DNA of 64,000 bases from positions 1 to 64,000 of the IMG/VR virus record IMGVR_UViG_3300027917_000024; one strand, 5' to 3'. The stretch comes from a virus. Positions 58,156-64,000 of this stretch are shown here, in pieces (position 1 is the first letter of the stretch; each line of letters begins with the position of its first letter). The notes below the pieces were generated by a model. The model saw only the letters and a program-made list of their open reading frames with translations, was not told where the DNA came from and searched no databases. The translations under genes were made by a program, and so were the position numbers.

Positions 58156-58595
58156 TAAAAGTAAAAGGCATTTCCTACAGAATCATAGTAGAGTTTCCCT
58201 TCTTCAGCTGCAGGAGTGCCTAATGGTTCAAATGTAGCAGACCGGATTACACTTCCAGCTGGGGTTTGATTTAAGTGGCTGTCTATTCTGTTTAATGCCT
58301 CAGCCAGTATTGTTGGCCATCCCACATCTCCTTTATCAACTGTAGGCCATTGATAGTGAAAAGTATAGTCTTTTACAATAGCGTAGTTGACATTGATCCT
58401 GTTGGCATCCCCAGCATAAACAGGACTGATCGTAAGTTCTGTGTCGCTGTTAACGCTCTGGATCTCATAAAAATCAGTGTCGCCTACAACAATAAAAATA
58501 TTACTTATACTGGCATTGACTAGCCATCTCGTTCCAGTCCCAGTAACGGTGGCACTTCCTATGTCTATGGATATTGTTCCTGTTCTGTACTGCAT
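58113..58595 (-). CDS. tail/tail-fibre-associated structural protein
   Basis: YRTGTISI..GSATVTGTGT.W, YEI.SV.SDTELT; GKLYYD....FYFYNG..W; paralog of the next gene. Confidence 0.65.
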   Translation of the reverse strand: MQYRTGTISIDIGSATVTGTGTRWLVNASISNIFIVVGDTDFYEIQSVNSDTELTISPVYAGDANRINVNYAIVKDYTFHYQWPTVDKGDVGWPTILAEALNRIDSHLNQTPAGSVIRSATFEPLGTPAAEEGKLYYDSVGNAFYFYNGTSWRRLSDEAI

Positions 58596-58605
58596 TCTAA
58601 CCTCC

Positions 58606-59193
58606 TTAAGAATGTAATAGCTTTCTCCATTGTGGGTACCAAACAGCAGCACTTACTCCTGTACCTTCATGTACTGTTACACCACTTGCCATGGTTCCAT
58701 TGTAATAGAGAAATGTTTTGTAACCTATATCATAGAATAGTTTTCCTACTCTTGGTTTTATAAGAGGGTTTACCTGATAGTGAGAAGCCCCAGAAGTTGT
58801 AACCATAGTTCCAGATGGTATGGTTTCGAAGGTCATAGAACCGATATATCGCTCTAGAAATCGGCGGTCAATCTCTTGTAACGCTCTTCTTAATATTCTT
58901 GGCCAATCAACGTCGCCTACTGTAATATACGGCCAACCATAATTCGTGGTATAGTCTTGTACGATTGTATACTCTTCACCCCAAATGTCTTCTGCGTCCT
59001 CATTTAAATAGGCATAAGTAAGTGTAAGCTCTGTTGTACTCGAAACACTACTGATCCAATAGATATTCTGCTCACCTCTTACCTTGAATATGCACCCATT
59101 CCAACTCCCGTCTGTAACCCATGTCGTATTTTTACCAATTACAGTTGTAGAGTTGTGATCAATACTTACAGTTCCTGTTCTATATTGTCCCAT
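58606..59193 (-). CDS. tail/tail-fibre-associated structural protein, paralog
   Basis: QYRTGTVSID, DYT..Y.WP....GDV.WP.IL..AL..ID shared with 58113-58595. Confidence 0.65.
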   Translation of the reverse strand: MGQYRTGTVSIDHNSTTVIGKNTTWVTDGSWNGCIFKVRGEQNIYWISSVSSTTELTLTYAYLNEDAEDIWGEEYTIVQDYTTNYGWPYITVGDVDWPRILRRALQEIDRRFLERYIGSMTFETIPSGTMVTTSGASHYQVNPLIKPRVGKLFYDIGYKTFLYYNGTMASGVTVHEGTGVSAAVWYPQWRKLLHS

Positions 59194-59202
59194 CTCAGCT
59201 CC

Positions 59203-60405
59203 TTACCAGAAAGAAACTATTTTTACTAGATCTGCATATACAGTTTTACAGACGTTGCTTTTACCTACATATGCTAATGTATCTGGATCAAACTCATAGA
59301 ATATAGGAAAGACGTCCCCAGCAACACAATCTACACCTGCTCCAAAAAGTCTATTTGAGTCTCCCCCTAAGCACCAAATCCTATAAAACCCAGAAGGAGC
59401 TTGGTCAGAATAGGGATTCCATACCCATTGAGCAGTATCATAGTAAGTCTGTGTAAGATTTAGTGAGGTGGCCACTGCAAATTTCTGAGAAACGGATGCA
59501 TATCGTTTTTCTAAAAAGCACTCTTCTACATTATTATCATATCTAAGAGAGTATAGATATCCATTTACACCGTCTCCTCCAATTTTATATATTGTACTAT
59601 CAAAGACCTCATCAGCCATTTGTATCACATCTGTTGCATCCCAGGCCGCAACATCAAAAACTACCATCTTGAAATACTGTGGTGGATACGCCCAAGCTTC
59701 CATAGTATACAATATATAGAGTGTAGTGGCATTACCTGCTAGTGATACCGGCCTTCCTCCAGTAAGTCCATATTCTGTTGTAAAATCATACGCAAAAATA
59801 TTCTTCTCGTTAATAATCTCATAGGTCTCTGGGTTGATTTGAAAAAGATGTTCCCCAAAGGGTTCTTTCATAAGCACAAATGTCCCACCAGTATCAACCA
59901 CAATATCAGTTAAGGTCCAAGGTTTAGACAGCCTATCAATCCAGTGCGAAGGTTTTATAGGGGTTGCACTACCATACGCTTCTATGGTATTTTCTGATTC
60001 TCCACTAGGCCATTCTCTTACTTCAAATCGATATTCGGTGGTTGGACACCTAGCTGTATGGTAAGGTAGATTCTCAGAGGTAGGTGAACCTGGTCCTATC
60101 ACACCCTCGTAATTCATCGGTGAATGACAATAAAGCCCACAACCGTTATCGCACTCGGGACACCACTCATTCCAATTTAACCAAGTATCAGTAGGGCATC
60201 TACAGTGCTCTGCATAGTCGTGTCTCAATACGATACTAATGTTATCCCCTTTAGCTCCAATTCCTACAGGCATACATCCACTATTAGCTTCTATAATAAG
60301 GTTTTCTCCCAGTTCTGCCGGTGGAGACCATATTGCCGGTCTATATGTTGGTGGTAAATATGGATATGCAGGTGCTTGTGGCTTCCAGTACCAATCCCAA
60401 CTCAC
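59203..60405 (-). CDS. putative virion structural protein
   Basis: 400 aa, beta-rich, Cys cluster; tail context. Confidence 0.5.
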   Translation of the reverse strand: MSWDWYWKPQAPAYPYLPPTYRPAIWSPPAELGENLIIEANSGCMPVGIGAKGDNISIVLRHDYAEHCRCPTDTWLNWNEWCPECDNGCGLYCHSPMNYEGVIGPGSPTSENLPYHTARCPTTEYRFEVREWPSGESENTIEAYGSATPIKPSHWIDRLSKPWTLTDIVVDTGGTFVLMKEPFGEHLFQINPETYEIINEKNIFAYDFTTEYGLTGGRPVSLAGNATTLYILYTMEAWAYPPQYFKMVVFDVAAWDATDVIQMADEVFDSTIYKIGGDGVNGYLYSLRYDNNVEECFLEKRYASVSQKFAVATSLNLTQTYYDTAQWVWNPYSDQAPSGFYRIWCLGGDSNRLFGAGVDCVAGDVFPIFYEFDPDTLAYVGKSNVCKTVYADLVKIVSFW

Positions 60406-60419
60406 TGTATCTTCCTCCT

Positions 60420-62084
60420 CTAAGGTACGTCTAAGGCGTCTTGTATCTCAGAACCATCAAATTCTGTATTAGTAGTTTGTAGTAGACTAGCTCTTGTCGG
60501 TTTCAATGTGGTTCCATCAATTTCAATTAATGCTAGATACGTATCATCTCCATTTAGCCATATTAATGTTCCTATGGTAAAGAGGGCATTTGGGTAATTT
60601 CCACAGACAAGATATGGGCCACCGCCTTCGAACCAATTGTCTCCATAATAGATATCCCTTTGCCAATCACATAATTCACCTAAATGATATTCCGCACGTA
60701 GGGCAGATACAGCCACCTCATCTAGGTTTTTATCATAACTAGCCAAATCAGTATACATCTCATGTGGCTGGTCATCCCAATACCAACCATTCTTTTCTCT
60801 TGAAACTGCCATCCCATCTGTACCTGCTGTTACTGCATAGGCCTCGCATACATTCAGATTCTTCGACCGTAAGAGAGTCTCGAACTGTTTTGTACTACTA
60901 TTATAACTGTCTCTCTCGTATACATAGGTTTTTGCATAGACGTTGAAACCTGATTTAACAGTAAAATTATCGGCTCTCCATGTTACATTCTGAGATGCGT
61001 TTGAATTATCTACACGAAGTGAAATGTTGATTATTCTGTATGCATAGGAGTTCCTAAACTCATCGTGCTCTGCGATCAATGTCCAATCACTTCCATTCCA
61101 ATAATACCCCCTTAATTCGGTATATCCTGTAATCATACCCTCTGACCGCCGCATTCTGGCTACTATCCTTAATTTACCACTTGTATCTGGAGAACTACCT
61201 ATCATAGAATCAATTGTATGCCACGAACTATCGTAGTAGCCAAGTTGATATCCATATTGTCCTCCCCAATAACCAAATCGTACATAAGCAACATCGGTTT
61301 TTGTTTTATAATAGTTAAGTACTAGATCAATTCCCCAACTCTCCACCGCACCATAATTTATTAACTCAAAATCCACAGCGATATCAACTTGTGGCAGATC
61401 ATAATCCCCCCCAATCATATAGGTAGTTGTTACATGATCCGCTGTTCCTAATCCAATCTGAGTGAGTTCTAGTTTGTTATTTTGAATATCTGGAGACCCT
61501 GAAGTAATATTCCACTTTTTAGAATTTGGTGCGCTGCCATCCAATCCTGTAAAATCATCACCAAGGTAACTACTCTCAACCATCTCGCTTCCTGCTGTTA
61601 TGTAGACCTCATCATCAACGACATCAATGAACTTTATATTCGTTTCAGAAGTATAATCAAAATAATCTATTAACCGCAGAAATTTCCATCCAGATGCTTC
61701 AGGAATGGAGCTCGAACTAGACTCTTCGGTTTCTATATGACTAGAACCAATTTCTGCAATATAGCGAACATGAGGATCGGATGTGTCTCTAAAAGTAGCA
61801 AAAACGGAGCCATAATCGCTACTACCTATTAACAATAACTGGTTATAGGCTCCCGCACCATAATCTACTGTTATTGATGGGTTTGCCGCCTCAATAATAT
61901 CAATTAAATTTTGAACCGTTGTAGAACTTATATAGGTAGGTTTTGAATCTGCTACTGGCCATTTTAGTTTAGCAACTCTATGGCCTTCTACTGCAGCCGA
62001 ATCGTTGTATTGCATATAAATAATTCGGCTCCCAGTTTTCCCTCCTACAAGGGCATGTCTTGCAATATTACTCATACCAATCAT
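60420..62084 (-). CDS. putative virion structural / receptor-binding protein
   Basis: DDFTG...W and beta-sandwich (lectin-like) character; tail context. Confidence 0.5.
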   Translation of the reverse strand: MIGMSNIARHALVGGKTGSRIIYMQYNDSAAVEGHRVAKLKWPVADSKPTYISSTTVQNLIDIIEAANPSITVDYGAGAYNQLLLIGSSDYGSVFATFRDTSDPHVRYIAEIGSSHIETEESSSSSIPEASGWKFLRLIDYFDYTSETNIKFIDVVDDEVYITAGSEMVESSYLGDDFTGLDGSAPNSKKWNITSGSPDIQNNKLELTQIGLGTADHVTTTYMIGGDYDLPQVDIAVDFELINYGAVESWGIDLVLNYYKTKTDVAYVRFGYWGGQYGYQLGYYDSSWHTIDSMIGSSPDTSGKLRIVARMRRSEGMITGYTELRGYYWNGSDWTLIAEHDEFRNSYAYRIINISLRVDNSNASQNVTWRADNFTVKSGFNVYAKTYVYERDSYNSSTKQFETLLRSKNLNVCEAYAVTAGTDGMAVSREKNGWYWDDQPHEMYTDLASYDKNLDEVAVSALRAEYHLGELCDWQRDIYYGDNWFEGGGPYLVCGNYPNALFTIGTLIWLNGDDTYLALIEIDGTTLKPTRASLLQTTNTEFDGSEIQDALDVP

Positions 62085-62099
62085 TTGCTTCCCCTCCGT

Positions 62100-63998
62100 T
62101 TAGTAAGGCCCATCTGATGGTGTTCTATTCCCACAACCGTCTGTTACGTAGAGATACCATAATTGTGGAGATCCAGTACCTTCTCCTAGACCCATCATAT
62201 TTGCTCCGAACCTTATTTCTGAATCTGTCCAGTAAGTAATCTCTTGCTGATGTAAGATTGTACATAAAGCATAAAGAGCATTATTTCCAATCTCTACTTT
62301 GGCACTTCCACAATATACCCCAAACCCACTTCCTTGGACCGTGCCATAAATGGTTTCTCCATGCACTCCTATTTCTTTCGTAAAGCTACTTATGGAAGGT
62401 GTATCCGCTTTTTCCGAGCAGTAGCTAGCATCACAAGCTGACATGACATATGTATCTGATGTTCCGAAGTATACAATTATTCTTAGATCGCCTCCACCAA
62501 CAGTGGTCGTTCCTCCCTGGTCTATATCAATATTAATATCGTCATACTGTGCTATATTTTGGTATGTAAGAGTTATCGTATTTGATGAATACTCACCCTC
62601 TTTAATTTCTAATTGCTCCCCCCCAAGGCCAAAGATACTGGAAGAATTACAATTGATATCAACAAGTAAACTAGCTCCACTAGGAGGTACATCTACAGCC
62701 ATTCTTGCCTTTGTAATATATCCTGAAAATGGTGCCAGGAAAGAGACTATGTTTTGTGTCTGTCCCCATTGTCCTTTTATAAGAATATTGTTGCCCCTAT
62801 CACCTCCAAGTGTAAATGGCATATTAGCGCCGCTCGCAATAGCAAACGGCAACCAACCATTTACTGCGTCCGAGTAGTAATAACATCTGGCATCGAGAGC
62901 TTGATATACTATTGTACCACCTACTGGTTTGAGTACTTGTCCTAAGGTCATGGTAGAGGCGGTAATACCATACTGTGACCTGATAGCTGGGCCGTCTGAT
63001 CTTTCTCCAATTACAGCATAATCGGTAGAAGTCCGAACATGCATTCCTTTCTTCATACCGTACATTTGTATTCCTGTTGTATTAGCACTGCTCATATATA
63101 CCATTGTACCACTAGGGGCCGTACTCTCAAGTCTCAGTGCGTTTCCTGTGTAACCTGACGTTCCAATTTTTATTCCTGCTCCTGTACCGCATGCTAAACT
63201 AATAGCGTACCCATCACCAGTTGCTACTCCTCCGCTGGATTGAAAATCTATCAATTTTCCTGTCGCTGACCTTGCCTTTATAAGATTTAGATTGGCACTT
63301 TCCAGGCTAAGTGTTGCATAGGCTACATCAGGTCCGGTAGTCGTTGTAACTTCTAGCCCACCACCTGCTCCGCATTGTAAGCTCGCAGCATATGAAGTTC
63401 CTGTGCCATTTGCAGTACCCTTGATTAATTGCCCAAGTTGTGTACTAACTTTTAAACCAATACCTTTCACAGCATTGGCCTGTATTGCTCCATACTGCGT
63501 AGTTGTTACGTCGCTTGATGCAGATATTGCCCACGCCCTCTTCGAATAAAAATATGAGGCGTCTCGTGGCAGAGATGTATTCAAATTTTTTACTTGAAAT
63601 GCGAGGTTGTTATAGCTCAGGATATCAACAGGGTAAAGTCCTTCTGTTGCTATAGCTATATAACTTCCTTCGTCATAAGCGTCCTGCAGTGACACACCAC
63701 CAGCAGCACCGCCTGTTATGGATTGCCACGCCCCATCATAATAACGCAGTCCACTTGCAGCATTCGAATAGACAACAGTTCCTATTTGTGGGCTTGTAAT
63801 TGCGGCATGATTATCAGAATAAATTGTAATTCCATTTTTAGAGTCAATAGCTGGATAAGTAGTTGAAGATGCTCTCAATGCCCATGATGATGTCCCAGTA
63901 ACTTCCAGGCCTACCCTATTTGATCTTATTACAGCAGCAGGATACCCGACAGCTCCCCCAGAGACTTCCAGCGCTGTCTGTGATGCTTCTAGAATGGC
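62100..63998 (-). CDS. tail fibre-like protein, 5'-partial (frame open to the window edge)
   Basis: G/A/S/T-rich repeats, SLQDAYD motif, P.GA...VDIN.N..SIF and IDIDQ.G...G.DL; no stop between 63878 and the end of the window. Confidence 0.65.
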   Translation of the reverse strand, partial: AILEASQTALEVSGGAVGYPAAVIRSNRVGLEVTGTSSWALRASSTTYPAIDSKNGITIYSDNHAAITSPQIGTVVYSNAASGLRYYDGAWQSITGGAAGGVSLQDAYDEGSYIAIATEGLYPVDILSYNNLAFQVKNLNTSLPRDASYFYSKRAWAISASSDVTTTQYGAIQANAVKGIGLKVSTQLGQLIKGTANGTGTSYAASLQCGAGGGLEVTTTTGPDVAYATLSLESANLNLIKARSATGKLIDFQSSGGVATGDGYAISLACGTGAGIKIGTSGYTGNALRLESTAPSGTMVYMSSANTTGIQMYGMKKGMHVRTSTDYAVIGERSDGPAIRSQYGITASTMTLGQVLKPVGGTIVYQALDARCYYYSDAVNGWLPFAIASGANMPFTLGGDRGNNILIKGQWGQTQNIVSFLAPFSGYITKARMAVDVPPSGASLLVDINCNSSSIFGLGGEQLEIKEGEYSSNTITLTYQNIAQYDDINIDIDQGGTTTVGGGDLRIIVYFGTSDTYVMSACDASYCSEKADTPSISSFTKEIGVHGETIYGTVQGSGFGVYCGSAKVEIGNNALYALCTILHQQEITYWTDSEIRFGANMMGLGEGTGSPQLWYLYVTDGCGNRTPSDGPY

Positions 63999-64000
63999 TT

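Noticed and set aside
1-64000. Stop-codon reassignment
   Set aside because: Long conserved genes are intact in the standard code and no suppressor tRNA was found.

Overview
This is a 64 kb fragment of a large tailed dsDNA bacteriophage using the standard genetic code, in three blocks. (1) 1-27.1 kb, almost entirely minus strand, is an accessory/early region: many small ORFs behind repeated sigma70-type promoters (TTGACA-17-TGTGGTAWRAW), 14 tRNA genes, methyltransferases, an HD hydrolase, a B12 radical SAM enzyme, a papain-like protease and a GNAT. (2) 28.1-57.6 kb, plus strand, is the replication/nucleotide module: thymidylate synthase-like, ParB-like, class II RNR, SF2 helicase, primase-helicase, a putative sigma factor, UDG-fused family A polymerase, SSB, RecA, SbcCD, RuvC-like, GT9 and two HNH genes. 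Four of these genes carry inteins. (3) 57.7-64 kb, minus strand, holds tail/virion genes. The most striking signal is at 386-2780. A solitary Cas7/RAMP-like gene, with no CRISPR array or other cas genes in the window, is followed on the same strand by two non-coding arrays with a strict 5-nt GA-NNN period (about 120 units), cut into blocks of mostly 26-41 nt by single extra G residues. This is a candidate phage RNA-guided system with periodic, non-contiguous guides. All calls come from reading motifs by eye; no searches were run.
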